Origin: Selaginella moellendorffii
Taxonomy: Eukaryota > Plantae > Lycopodiophyta
DNA length: 64,000 nt
NCBI RefSeq assembly: GCF_000143415.4
Contig: NW_003314327.1
Coordinates: 1,002,725-1,066,724 of the forward strand
Direction: 5' to 3'
Shown: in pieces, positions 1 to 12,400 of the stretch
Layout: the number at the start of each line of letters is the position of its first letter
How positions within the stretch are numbered: position 1 is the stretch's first letter
The notes under the pieces: generated by a model
Told to the model about the DNA's origin: nothing
What the model saw: the letters and a program-made list of their open reading frames with translations, nothing else
The model's database searches: none
Position numbers and translations under genes: made by a program

Positions 1-1
1 G

Positions 2-574
2 GTGGGGAAGGCGGTCGCGGCTTCTTGTGCTCGAGTGCAGGCCACTCCCTTCGCTCACCCACGCGCAGAGGAGATTGCGCAGCACTTGGCCACGTGCGGT
101 TACAACAAGTGGGGTCAAGAGCGTGTCTATAGCGGGCGCACTGGCAGGATGATGGAGGCCATGGCCACGGTTGGCCTCACTTTCTACCAGCGTCTGCATC
201 ACTTGTCCGAGGACAAGATGAAGTGGAGGGGTGCCAGTGGACCCGTACACCCGCTTACTCACCAGCCAGTCAAGGACAGGAAGCGGGAGGGGGGAACCAA
301 GTTTGGCGAGATGGAGAGGGACTGCCTCATCTCCCATGGTGCCTCTGCCACTGTCAAGGAGAGGCTCTTCTTTGTTAGTGACAGGTCCCTAGTCCCAGTC
401 TGCACAAACTGCCATAGGCTTGCTATCCTCAACTGCAAGCAGCACCCTCGCTGCCTCTTTTGCAACCCGCAGCAACGCATTGCCACACTAGACATGCCAC
501 ATGCGTGTAAGCTCTTGAGCATGGAGCTCAGATCCATGGGCGTGGACATGAGATTCCGAGTATCACAACACTGA
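2..574 (+). CDS. NRPD2: 3' end of DNA-directed RNA polymerase IV/V second-largest subunit (NRPD2/NRPE2-like), divergent; 5' part lies outside the window
   Basis: The translation has RPB2-family C-terminal motifs in their Pol IV/V form: ATPF, GYNKWGQERVYSGRTG, TFYQRLHHLSEDK, GPVHPLTHQPVKDRKREGGTKFGEMERDCLISHGASA..ERLF..SD, the Zn-binding CTNC...CLFC, and MPHACKLL.MEL.SMG. GPVHPLT.QPV.DRKR..G.KFGEMERDC matches NRPD2/E2 rather than NRPB2. Confidence 0.8.
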   Translation: MGKAVAASCARVQATPFAHPRAEEIAQHLATCGYNKWGQERVYSGRTGRMMEAMATVGLTFYQRLHHLSEDKMKWRGASGPVHPLTHQPVKDRKREGGTKFGEMERDCLISHGASATVKERLFFVSDRSLVPVCTNCHRLAILNCKQHPRCLFCNPQQRIATLDMPHACKLLSMELRSMGVDMRFRVSQH

Positions 575-1189
575 CAAAAGTCATGGAAGAGTATCTTTTC
601 CTGTCTTGGTCCGATGTAGCGGCCAATAACGAGCCAGGCGGGACACGTGGATGATGACATGGACAGAGATCGGCAGGGAGATCCGACGTGGCGGGGAGGA
701 GATCGGTTTGTTACAGGGGATCGGGCGGCGCATCAGGAGGGACTTCTTGGGATGCAGCAGGGCGGCGATAAAAGGGAGATCATCTCAGGAGCAAACCCAA
801 GGGGCCGGCGAGCAGGGGCGATCAAGATTCGAGCAAGGTGAGGGCTTTGAGCTCGTGTGAACTCTAGTAAGCCTTGCCTGGGCTTACGCCCATTTTGGAA
901 CCACTACACTGATCAGTTATGTCAATTTGGATATTTAATTTGCCACCATTTGGTATGATTGATGACTGAACTGTCCAAACCTAGGGCAAAACTGGAATAT
1001 TACTCCCTAATTTGACAAAATTAGAGACAAAATGCAATAAGGATTTTCAATTCAATTTTAAGAGATTTGGCTAGGAATAGGAGATATAAAGAGGAGGACA
1101 ACTTAATCCAAGTTTCACTCAACAAACTTTTGTGACTAATTCCAGGCTTTGGACAACAGTTGGAGACTCTTGCATGATCAAGCTAGTCT

Positions 1190-1767
1190 TTTCTTCATGC
1201 TCGCTAGGAGATTCATATTGTGGATACCATGGCATTATAGGACCTAGGAGCTTTCATGGCATCAATCACTTTGCAAAATGTTGTTAGAGCTAAAGCACTT
1301 TTGGACTCAAGGTCTAGGAGCAATATTTGTCATTAGCAAAGTTTGTTTGACTCCAGATCTAAGACAACACAGTTGTCATCCTCAAAACAGTTGTGAACCA
1401 CACCATGATTTCAATTGATAGGATCTTATCATTGGTGGATTTTGTGGTAGTAGATTTTCAACAAGTTGACTCAACCTCCCTCAAGGACTTTATGATTTTG
1501 GGATGCTCTTAACACCTCCAAGTAGATGCTGAAACATATTGGAAAAAGGGGATGATGCAAATCAGTCACAAGATCACCAAAGCAAAGCTATACAATGCTT
1601 ATACCTCTGTTTGATGAAGAAGGCTCCTACCCCTTCTCCAACACAAGTCCCTATTCCTACTCCAACTCCAAAGTGCTCAACTTTCCCAACCAACTTATCT
1701 TTCATGAACTTCTCAACAACCTTTCCTTACAAGAGATGGAGGTTTTCAACATTAACATTATCCATCG
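1190..1767 (+). pseudogene. Relic Ty3/gypsy protease region related to element D
   Basis: Degenerate translations ALLDSRSRSNIC (~1296-1330) and VDFVVVDFQQVDSTSLKDFMILG (~1435-1503) parallel element D's ALVDSGSGSNII and DFVVVDYKCLGMSSLKDSIILG. Confidence 0.55.
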
Positions 1768-2079
1768 TGTGAGACACAAAACCCAGAGCCCCAAAAGTAG
1801 AGCCAAAAAGGTGCCATGTGGTAATGGCCGAAGTAGAAGCTAAACAAGAGTAACACGTTTGGACTAAAAACTTCGACTTGAAAAATTGAGAATGGGAGTG
1901 GAACTCTCAACGAAGTGCTCAAGGAACAAGCACGAAGCAAACAATAAGTGAATCTCTAGAAAAGGGACACAAAAGGATCAACACATAACACATGGAAGTG
2001 TTGAGATGGACCTGAGATGGAGTCCAAGATGAACCCGAGATAGAGTTTGAAATGGACACGAGATGGAGTCGAAGATGGA
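1768..2079 (+). mobile_element. Family A LTR fragment (A-i), interrupted in its tandem-repeat region by copy A-ii
   Basis: Begins TGTGAGACACAAAA like all family A LTRs and aligns to the first ~310 bp of 2080ff. Confidence 0.8.
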
Positions 2080-4890
2080 TGTGAGACACAAAATCCCTAG
2101 GCCCCAAAGTGGAGCCGGAAGGGTGCCATGTGGTGGTGGCCGAAGCGAAAACCAAACGAGCGTAACATGTTTGGACTAAAAAGCTCCGACTTGAAAAGGT
2201 CGAGAGTGGGAGTGGAACTCCTAATGAGGTGCTCGAGGAACGAGCATGAAGCGAGCAATAAGCAAGGCTCCAAAAAGGGACCCAAAAAGGACCAACACAT
2301 GACACATGAAAGTGTCCGAGATGGACCCGAGTTGGGGTCCGAAGTGGAGTCCGAGGTGACCCGAGATGGAGTCCGAGATGGACCCGAGATGGAGTCCGAG
2401 ATGGCCCTGAGATGGAGTCCGAGATGGAACCGAGACCGAGACCGAGACTGAGATCGAGTCCGAGTCCGAAACCGGGACCGAGACCGAGTCCGAGTCCGAG
2501 TCCGAGTCCGAATACTAATACAGGCAATTGGGTGAAAGCCCAAAACGATCGTCCCCCAGGGGGGGGGGGGGGGGGGGGGCTGCAGGGGGTTCCAAAAGTA
2601 TAGTAGGGAGAGTGTGGGGGTTGGAGCCCAGTGGAGCCAGTTTGGCCAAGAAGGGCCAGTTTGTCCAGGAAGGGCCAATTTGGCCCAGGAAGGCCATACC
2701 CAGTGTTGGGTGATGAACTGGCCACTGGGAAGTCCAAAACTAGAGTGAATATAGATCGACAAGTGGGGTAGCTTGGTGAACTGTTCAAAAGTCGGCTCTA
2801 GTTCCCCCAGAAGATCGAATGGTCGATGCTCTCAGTCCAAGTGTGGGTGGCACTACCTACTTGGATACCTGGTGTGGCTCAACAGAACCTCGCTCTAAGC
2901 CCATGGCTAAAGCACCCAAAGGCGGAAGGCAGGGAGAGTACCCATGAGGCCCGCGTAGGACCACGGTGTTTTGAAATGTTGTCCCAAAGGCCCAGACTGT
3001 GGAAAGGAAGAGGAGTAGTCCTCTGGTGTAGTGACCAAGGATACAGTTGAGTGGTGAGGAAGTCCCAGAGGACCAGGGGGCTTAGTGGTCAGGCCTATGG
3101 GCCTCGATCCAGTGGCAATGTTGGCAAACATGGCCATGGGCAGAAAGGGATTTAGTGAAGACCGGAAAAGGGATATTGAGGAAGGTTATTCCCTATGTCT
3201 GTGGGCATCCTAAGGATGCTAAGGAGTGGATCTAGAATGACCACTCATGAACGGATGACCCCGTCCTTGAGAGATGGGACTGTGATGCAGGTGGTGTTAG
3301 ACCACCGGTGTGACCAAGGTAAAGGGGCATGGCTTTAGCGTAACGGGCTGATATATCGGTGGTACCTTGGGGTGTCGGTCATGGGATCGGACACGTGGAG
3401 CACTTGGATCAAGTGCAAAGGCTGAGTGGCGGGGATGCCATTCTCGGGGCTAGCAAGCCCAAGTCTAAAATAGGACTTATGGAGGTTGTGAGTGAGACTC
3501 CTCCAAGTGGTTGGAGGTGTGGTTAAGTGACTAAAGTAGAATGGAAAATTTAGTTATTTACAACTTGGTATCAGAGCTGTTCCTTAGTCTGACTTTTATT
3601 GGGGGCCAAGTATATCACCGCTTGTATTGGAATCGGAAGGTCCTAGATATGGACCTATCCTCGAGGAGTAGCATGTCGAAAGGACATGGCTCTCCACTCA
3701 AGTTCATGCATGAACTTGTGCACGATATGGTGGATGCAAAAGGGCCAGTAAGGGAACGACTTTGGGATCTTGAGAACAGTATAAGGGTTTTCTCAGAGAG
3801 CTGAGGATGTGATCCAGATGAGCGTTTGACGTAGCAAACGAGCTAATGTAGTTGTGGTAAACAACTATAGTTGGGATCACGGGAAAGATGCAGACTCCAA
3901 AACAATAAAGGAGTCACAAGACTACCCTTATATGGTTGAGGCTGGTACTCATAAATTTGAGACCGGAATTGTTGACCGTGGGAGGTCAAATACAGAAGAG
4001 GACACCAATCCTTGAAATGGTAGCCGGGTCTACCTCTAATAAATGCTGGAACAATCCAAGGAGTTGGGGGTGTACTTAAAGATGAGTTGCTATTCTCATC
4101 ACATGGACAAGTAGTCATAAGGGGCAAAAGTTAGCCCCAAGAAAATCATCAAGTGTCAAAGTAACACTTGCAAAGATTGTCTTTGTGAGTAGGACATGAA
4201 TACAAGAAGTTGTATTCCAGTGAGTTGGGACCTCTAAGACTGAGACCTTGCAGGTTGTTGGATTAGCAAAGTCCAAAATGCTGGATGACTCAAGCAGAGT
4301 CAGGGAATGGTCCTAAGGGATTGGTTGGAGCATTTGGACTGAGGTGTATGGTGCCCCATGAGGTATGGGGAGGATCATAAAATCCAAGTATGAGAACAGT
4401 AGGTATCTCATTGATGGCAGAATGTGCTATACTAAAGTTGTGGGAAAGATGTTCCCAAAAGAAAGCAACTTTGGCCCAGAGTTGGGTGCAAACACTATAG
4501 TGCGGTGCTAACGGATAGTTAGCATGAGGAACAATTATATTGGTCTTGGCAAAGACCTAGACACTAATAAGTAGTGTTATAAGGGTAGGCTTGTGGGGCC
4601 GATGGTGTGAAGACACTAAATGTGCCAAGATGTAATACCTTGAGGTTATGATGGTGGGTTCATAAGAACCCCTTGCCAAGGGAATCCCAATGGAAGCGGG
4701 AATGGCATGGCCTAAGCTGGAAGGCATGCGGTTGGAGTGTGGTGACCCAGATAATGATGGAGGTGTGGAAGCACCAAGCAATGAGTTATAGAACTTGACA
4801 ACTATGGGGCAACTAAGGAAGAGGTGTAAGATAATTGATTAAATGGGTAAAAGGTAGCTACCCTAATGGCATAAGGAAGTTAGATATACC
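2080..4890 (+). mobile_element. Family A non-autonomous LTR element (A-ii): 5' LTR 2080-3562, PBS, partial internal region
   Basis: TGTGAG...TTTACA LTR followed by TGGTATCAGAGC at 3566-3577 (tRNA-iMet PBS). The internal region is homologous to 34269ff. Confidence 0.85.
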
Positions 4891-7800
4891 TGTAAGCGAC
4901 TAATTTTTCCATTTTACTTTAGTCACTTAACTGCACCTCCGACCACTTGGAGGAGTCTCATTCACAACCTCCATAAGTCCCAGTTAGGACTTGGGGCTTG
5001 CTAGCCCTAAGAATGGCATCCATGCCACCCAACCTTTGCATTTGGTCCAAGTGCTCCATGTGTCCGATCCCATGACCGACACCCCAAGGTACCACCAACA
5101 TACCAGCCCGTTACACTTGGCCATGCCCATTCACCTTGGTCACACCGGTGGTCTAACGCCATCTGCATCATAATTCCGTCTCTCAAAGACTGAGCCGTCC
5201 GTCCATGAGCGATCATCCTAGATCTACTCCTTAGCATCCTTAGGATGCCCGCAGACATGGGGAATAGCCTTCCCCGACAACTCTTTTCCAGTCCCCACCA
5301 AGTCCCTTTTAGTCTATGGCCGTGTTCGCCAACACTGCCACTGAATCAAGGCCCGCAGGCCTGACCGCTAAGTCCCACTATCCTTTGGGACTTCCTCACC
5401 ATGTGACCGTATCCTTCGTCACTGCATTAGAGGCCTACTCCTCTTCCCTTTCACCGTTTGGGACTTTGGGACAACATTTCGGAACACCGTGGCCTTACGC
5501 AAGCCTCATGGGTACTCTCCCCGCCTTTCGCCTTTAGGTGCTCTAGCTATGGGCTTAGAGCGAGGTTCCGTTGAGCCACGATAGGTATCCAAGTAGGTAG
5601 TGCCACCCACACTTGGACTGGGAGCATCGGCCAGTTGATCTCCCGGGGGAACTAGAGCCGGCTCTTGAACACTTCACCAAGCTACCCCGCTTGTCGGTCC
5701 GTGTTCACTCTAGTCTTGGACTTCCCAGTGGGCAGCTCATCACCCAATACTGGGTCCGGCCTTCCTGGGCCAAACTGGCCTTTCCTGGCCAAACTGGCTC
5801 CACTGCAGTCCTCCCCCTACTATACTTTTGGAGCTCACCAAACCCCCCAGGGTCTGGGAGACGAACGCTTTGGGCTTTCACCCTCTCAGGCTCAAACTCG
5901 GACTCGGCCTCGGACTCGGACTCGGACTCGGACTTGGACTCGGATTCTGACCCGGACTCGGACTCGGCCTCGGCCTCGGACTCAATCTCGGTCCCGATCT
6001 CGGTCTCGGTCCCGGTCTCGGTCTTGACCTCGGACTCCATCTCGGGTCCTTCTCGGACTCCATCTCGGACTCCGTCTCGGTCCATCTCGGACTCCATCTC
6101 GGACTCCATCTCGGGTCCATCTCGGACTCCATCTCGGGTCCATCTCGGACTCCGTCTCGGTCCATCTCGGACTCCATCTCGGGTCCATCTCGGACTCCAT
6201 CTCGGGTCCATCTCGGACTCCATCTTGGACTCCGTCTCGGTCCATCTCGGTCCATTTCAGACTCCATCTCGGACTCCACCTCGGACTCCAACTCGGGTCC
6301 ATCTCGGACTCCATCTCGGACTCCATATCGGACTCCACTTCGGGTCCATCTCGGACTCCAATTCGGGTCCATCTCGAACTCCAACTTGGGTCCGCCTCGG
6401 ACTCCATCTCGGACACTTCGATGTGTCATGTGTTGGTCCTTTTTGGGTCCCTTTTTTGAGCCTTTCTTATTGGTTGTCTCGTGCTTGCTNNNNNNNNNNN
6501 NNNNNNNNNNNNNNNNNNNNNNNNNNNNNNNNNNNNNNNNNNNNNNNNNNNNNNNNNNNNNNNNNNNNNNNNNNNNNNNNNNNNNNNNNNNNNNNNNNNN
6601 NNNNNNNNNNNNNNNNNNNNNNNNNNNNNNNNNNNNNNNNNNNNNNNNNNNNNNNNNNNNNNNNNNNNNNNNNNNNNNNNNNNNNNNNNNNNNNNNNNNN
6701 NNNNNNNNNNNNNNNNNNNNNNNNNNNNNNNNNNNNNNNNNNNNNNNNNNNNNNNNNNNNNNNNNNNNNNNNNNNNNNNNNNNNNNNNNNNNNNNNNNNN
6801 NNNNNNNNNNNNNNNNNNNNNNNNNNNNNNNNNNNNNNNNNNNNNNNNNNNNNNNNNNNNNNNNNNNNNNNNNNNNNNNNNNNNNNNNNNNNNNNNGAGG
6901 GTAGCCTCCCCAACTTAGAGACTGATTGGACCACATGTAGTGGTTCTCGCTAAACCTCTTAAAGACCCTTCTCTAAGTCAATCCCACTACTCCTTCTCGG
7001 GTAGTCTCAATTTCCATCTATTGAACGTTTGCACCTTGGAACTTTTACTGTTTTGACTTTTGGAAGTCAATTTCCTAAGTGTCTCCAATACCTTGCATTG
7101 CACAGATTGTGCAACTCCACTTCCCCATCCTAGGAAGTTCATTACTTGAGGGCACCATCATCCTCTCTTCTATTTCGTGCCACCTTGGGCACTAAGTTCC
7201 ATTTATCATACTTTGTGCTAGGGCTGTCCATGGCCCTATCATTTGGCTACCTTACCGCTCCCTCACTTGGAGCTTTTACTTCGCCAAATTGGAGCACTTA
7301 AGAATCCATCCTTGGAAGTCCACTTCCTTTCCCACAAGCTGTTAGCACCGAACACATTAGTGTTCCTTGGCTAACTTTGCCATTTGGATCCCTTCCATTT
7401 AAATTCCATGGCCCAAACTTGGCCACTAGTCCTTTGCTCCTATCCTTGATTGTTGCACCCAGCAACATCGGATCGCTACCTCCATTTTTGAGGTATCCTT
7501 TCGGTTCCATAGCAAAGACTCTTCTTTGCCAAGTCCGGAGGATGTTCACCCCTAGTACGTCTCTTTAGCATCTTCTGCTATGGGCTCTATCCATGGCCCA
7601 ACTTTGTGACCCTCCCATGGATCTTTTATAGAGACTACTTTCCTCGGACTCACTATGCCATCGGACGGACATAGTTTATTTCCCTTAGGTGCTCTTCCCA
7701 CTTGGTCATCACGACCAAGCCACACCATCTTAAACAGTTCAATTTCAACATTTTGAACTAGGAACTTCATTCCTTAGCCAACCAAGGACCTTGTCCTTAT

Positions 7801-10800
7801 CTGGCCATAAGATCACCTAGTGATCTCACCTTGGCACCTTAACAGAGTTGCCAAGAGGTACTTGGTCTTCTAGACCTCCAAGTTGTTGACTATAACCCCG
7901 GGGGCATCCCCAATACTTGGCGGTGCACCCAAGCTAGCCCTTACGGCCAAGGGTTCATAGCAACTGAGATTAGGTGTCCCCATCTCACTCACCATGTCCT
8001 TGGTGCCACTTGCACCAAAGCGTTCAAGTTAGATATGCTGAGCTTTCACACTAAGCAATCTAACCGTGCATCACGACTCCGAAGCATCCCTCGCTTGGCG
8101 GTGTGCCCAAACCAGTCTCCCCACTGAGAGTCCATGACCACCGAAATATGAGTGTCCTCATATTCCAAACCATCACCACGCCCTAGTGATTTGGGACTCG
8201 AACCCAAGCACTAGAGGGTCGGGACTTGAACCCAACCTCCGTATATGCATCTACAGACGGCATCACACCGGATGCCTGACGTGACTCCCCACGCCTGTGC
8301 ACTAACTTATATTTAAAGCGCACTATAGATCACAGCTTAGGAACCTAGTTCCTCCCCACTGCCAAGTCTTCTCACTTGACAAGCCTGTGATCATGCATGG
8401 ACTCCTCCATGCTTGGCCCCATGGCCCACCCTTTTTTGAAGTTATCACCTTCAACTAGGGTATTTGTTCCCTTGACTTGCCAATCTCGCTTTGGCAAGTC
8501 CTCCGACCACTTTAACATGGTTCCTGCACAAGCGTGAAAGCCCTTGATCATCGACTTTCGTTCAAAGCCTTCTCTTTGAACACTCGGGAACTACTTCCCT
8601 AACCTTGATAGCCTTGCCTCATGGCAAGCTTCAAGACCATGCTTCTGCTGCGCCACTCTGATTTCGCGCGTTCCTTGAACCATTTATGCTTGGCCTTTCT
8701 AGGTACTACGCTACCTAGAATCCTCTTTCGGAACCTTGAAGGAACTCTGTCCCTTAGCTTGCTAAGGCCTTCTTTTTTGCAAGCTTTCCAATTGCCACAT
8801 AGTCTAACATGGACAATTCCATATTTTAGACTCTTCATGGCATCACGGTTGCTAGCGGCAACACCCTCGAGCCCCCACTTGATTCTCCACTCCCAGCTGG
8901 CATAACCAACCTTGGTTATGCCCTTCGATTCCTATGGTTCGGTTCCATCCCCTTACTTCTTGCTTTTGGCTTCACACCTTTCCTTCGGTTATTCTCCTCC
9001 AGACCAGGAGGATAGCTTTGCACCTTCTATCATGCCTTAGCAAGTATCCTTAGGGATGAACCTACCCAATAGCCCAGGGAGTGGTTCCTCAATCCAGGTA
9101 TGCTCACCTTATAATCCCACACACTAGGATTACATTGTTGCTTATGGGCCTTTACAGGCCCATCACTAGCCTTGCCAAAATTCCATTTTTGGCTTTGTCC
9201 AACTCGGGTAGACAGTCCTCTCCTGTCTCCGCAACCTTGGACATTTGGATAGCACCTTCTATCTATCATTCGCTAGGGACTTAGTCCCTTGGGCTTTATC
9301 CATTGCCCTCGCGACATCAAACACCACTTTCTGGTGTTCTAGAGTGTTCGGGTGTCCCAATGATGGCTTTCTTGACAATGAGTATTTCCTTTTATGACAT
9401 TGACTTACTATATCGCAACACAAGCAACTTATCCCCCGTAAGGGTATATGCGACTTCCCTATGCTATTAAGAAGTCTTGGGTAGCTACCTTCTACCCGTT
9501 TAACTAGTTATTTTGCACCTCTTGCTTAGTTGCCTCATAGTTGTCAAGTCCTACAACTCATTGCTTGGTGCTTTCACACCTCCATCATTATCTGGGTCAC
9601 CACACTCCAACTGCATGCTTTGCAGCTTAGGCTATGCCATTCCCATTTCCATTGGGATTCCTTTGGCAAGGGGTTCTCATGAACCCACCAACATAACCTC
9701 AAGGTATCACACCTTGGCACATTTGGTGTCTCCACACCATCGGCTCCACGAGCTTACCTCTATGACACTTCTTCTTTGTGTCTAAGTCTTTGCCAAGACC
9801 AATACCACTCTTTCTCATGCCAACCATCTGTTAGCACTGCATCATAGAGGTCACACACAACTTTGTGTCAAAGTTGTTTTCTTTTTGGGAACACCTTTCC
9901 CACGACTTTAGCATGGCACATTTTGCCATCGATGAGATACCCTCTGTTCTCATCCTTGGATCCTATAATCCCCCCCCCATCCTTTGTAAGGTACAACACA
10001 CCTTAGTCCAAATGCTTCCATCAGTCCTTTTAGGACCGTCCTTTGACTCTACTTGAGTCATCGAGCAGTTTTGGACTTGGTTAATCCACAGACCCGTAAG
10101 GTCCTACTTATGAGGCACTAGCTCACTGGAATACACTTCTTGCATTCCTGTCCCACTCAAAAGGACTATTTTCACAAGTGTTACTCTGACACTTGATTTT
10201 GTTCTCTGGGGGCAACCTTTGCCCCTTAGGACTACTTGTCCATGTGATGAGAATACCACTCATCTCTAAGTACACCCCCCAACTCCTTGGGTTGTTCCAG
10301 CATTTATTAAAGGTAGCCCCGGCTACCATTTCAAGGACTTGAGTCCTCTTTCGTATTTGACCTCCCACGGTCATTACTTCTGGTCTCACATTCATGAGCA
10401 CCAACCTCAACTATATGAGGATAATCTTATGACTCCTTTATTGTTTTGGAGTCTCTATCTTTCCCGTGATCCTAACTATAGTTGTTTACCACAACTACCT
10501 TAGCCAACTTGCTGAGACAAATGCTCATCCAGATCACATCCTCAACTCAATGAGGAAAACCTTGCACTGTTCCCAAGATCCCAAAGTCGTTCCATTATTG
10601 GCCCTTTTCTATCCACCACCTTGTCTACAAGTTCACACATGAACTGTAATGGAGAGCCATGTCTTCCTGACTTGCTACTCCTCAAGGATAGGCCCACTCC
10701 TCAGACCTTCCAATGCCAACACTAGTGGTGATATACTTGAGCACCAATAAAAGTCGGATTAAGGAACAGCTCCGATACCAAATTGTAAGCGACTAATTTT

Positions 10801-12400
10801 TCCATTCTACTTTAGTCACTTAACCACACCTCCGACCACTTGGAGGAGTCTCATTCACAACCTCCATAAGTCCAATCCAGGACTTGGGATTTGCTAGCCC
10901 CGAGAATGGCATCCATGCCACTCAACATTTGCACTTGGTCCAAGTGCTCCACGTGTCCGATCCCATGACCGACACTCAAAAGTACCACCGATATGGCAGC
11001 CCGTTACGCTAAGGCCATGCCCAATCACCTTTGCCACACTGGTAGTCCATTACCACTTGCATCACAGTCTTGGCTCTCCAGGACTAGGCAAACCCTCCGT
11101 GAGTGGTCATCTCAGATCCACTCCTTAGCATCCTTAGGATGCCCACCGACAAGGGGAATAGCTTTCCCCAATATCCCTCTATCAGTCCCCACTAAGTCCC
11201 TTTCTGCCCCTGGCCGTGTTTGCCAACACTGCCACTGGATCGAGACCCACAGGCCCGACCACTAAGTCCCATAGTCCTCTGGGACTTCCTCACCACACGA
11301 CTGTGTCCTTGGTCACTACCCCAGAGGACTGCTCCTCTTCCTTTCCATAGTCTGGGCCTTTGGGACAACATTTCGGAACACCGTGGCCCTACGCGGGCCT
11401 CATGGGTACTCTCCCTGCCTTTCGCCTTTGGGTGCTCTAGCCATGGGGTTAGAGCGAGGTTCCGTTGAGCCACACCAGGTATCCAAGTAGGTAGTGCCAC
11501 CCACACTTGGACTGGGAGCATCGGCCAGTTGATCTCCCGGGGGAACTAGAGCCGGCTCTTGAACACTTCACCAAGCTACCCCGCTTGTCAGTCCGTGTTC
11601 ACTCTAGTCTTGGACTTCCCAGTGGGCAGTTCCTCACCCAACACTGGGTCCGGCCTTCCTGGGCCAAACTGGCCTTTCCTGGCCAAACTGGCCTTTCCTG
11701 GCCAAACTGGCTCCACTGCAGTCCTCCCCCTTACTATACTTTTGGAGCTCACCAAACCCCCTAGGGTCTGGGAGACGAACGCTTTGGGCTTTCACCCTCT
11801 CAGACTCAAACTCGGACTCGGACTCGGACTTGGACTCGGGCTCGGTCTCGGCCTTGGCCCTTGTCTCGGTCTCGGTCCCGGTCTCGGTCTCGGTCTCGAT
11901 CCCGGTCTCGGTCTCGGTCTCGGTCCCGGTCTCGGTCTCGACCTCGGACTCCATCTCGGGTCCTTCTCGGACTCCATCTCGGACTCCGTCTCGGTCCATC
12001 TCGGACTCCATCTCGGACTCCATCTCGGGTCCATCTCGGAATCCATCTCGGGTCCATCTCGGACTCCGTCTCGGTCCATCTCGGACTCCGTCTCGGGTCC
12101 ATCTTGGACTCCAATTCGGGTCCATCTCGGACTCCAACTCGGGTCCGCCTCGGACTCCATCTCGGACACTTCCATGTGTCATGTGTTGGTCCTTTTTGGG
12201 TCCCTTTTTGGAGCCTTTCTTATTGGTTGTCTCGTGCTTGCTCCTCGAGCACTTTGTTGGGAGTGCCACTCCCGCTCTCGACCTTCCAAGTCGGAGCTTT
12301 TAGTCCAAACGTGTTATGCTCGTTTGGCTTTCGCTTCGGCCACTACCACGTGGCACCCTTTCCGGCTCCACTTTGGGGCCTAGGGATTTTGTGTCTCACA
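4891..12400 (-). mobile_element. Family A element (A-iii): 3' LTR 4891 to the gap at ~6490, internal region to 10783, 5' LTR 10784-12400
   Basis: Reverse-complement LTR ends TGTAAGCGAC/GTCTCACA; Met PBS GCTCCGATACCA at 10769-10780. Flanks ATACC and ATAGA do not form a TSD. Confidence 0.85.

Noticed and set aside
647-860. Short GC-rich ORFs after the NRPD2-like stop
   Set aside because: No recognisable homology; probably UTR or intergenic sequence.
5613-6953. Long Ser/Asp-, RD-, SP- and GL-rich ORFs here and at 1919-2788, 11559-12424, 32372-33836 and 38314-39442
   Set aside because: They are stop-free translations of the LTR minisatellite, open in several frames, and some run through Ns.
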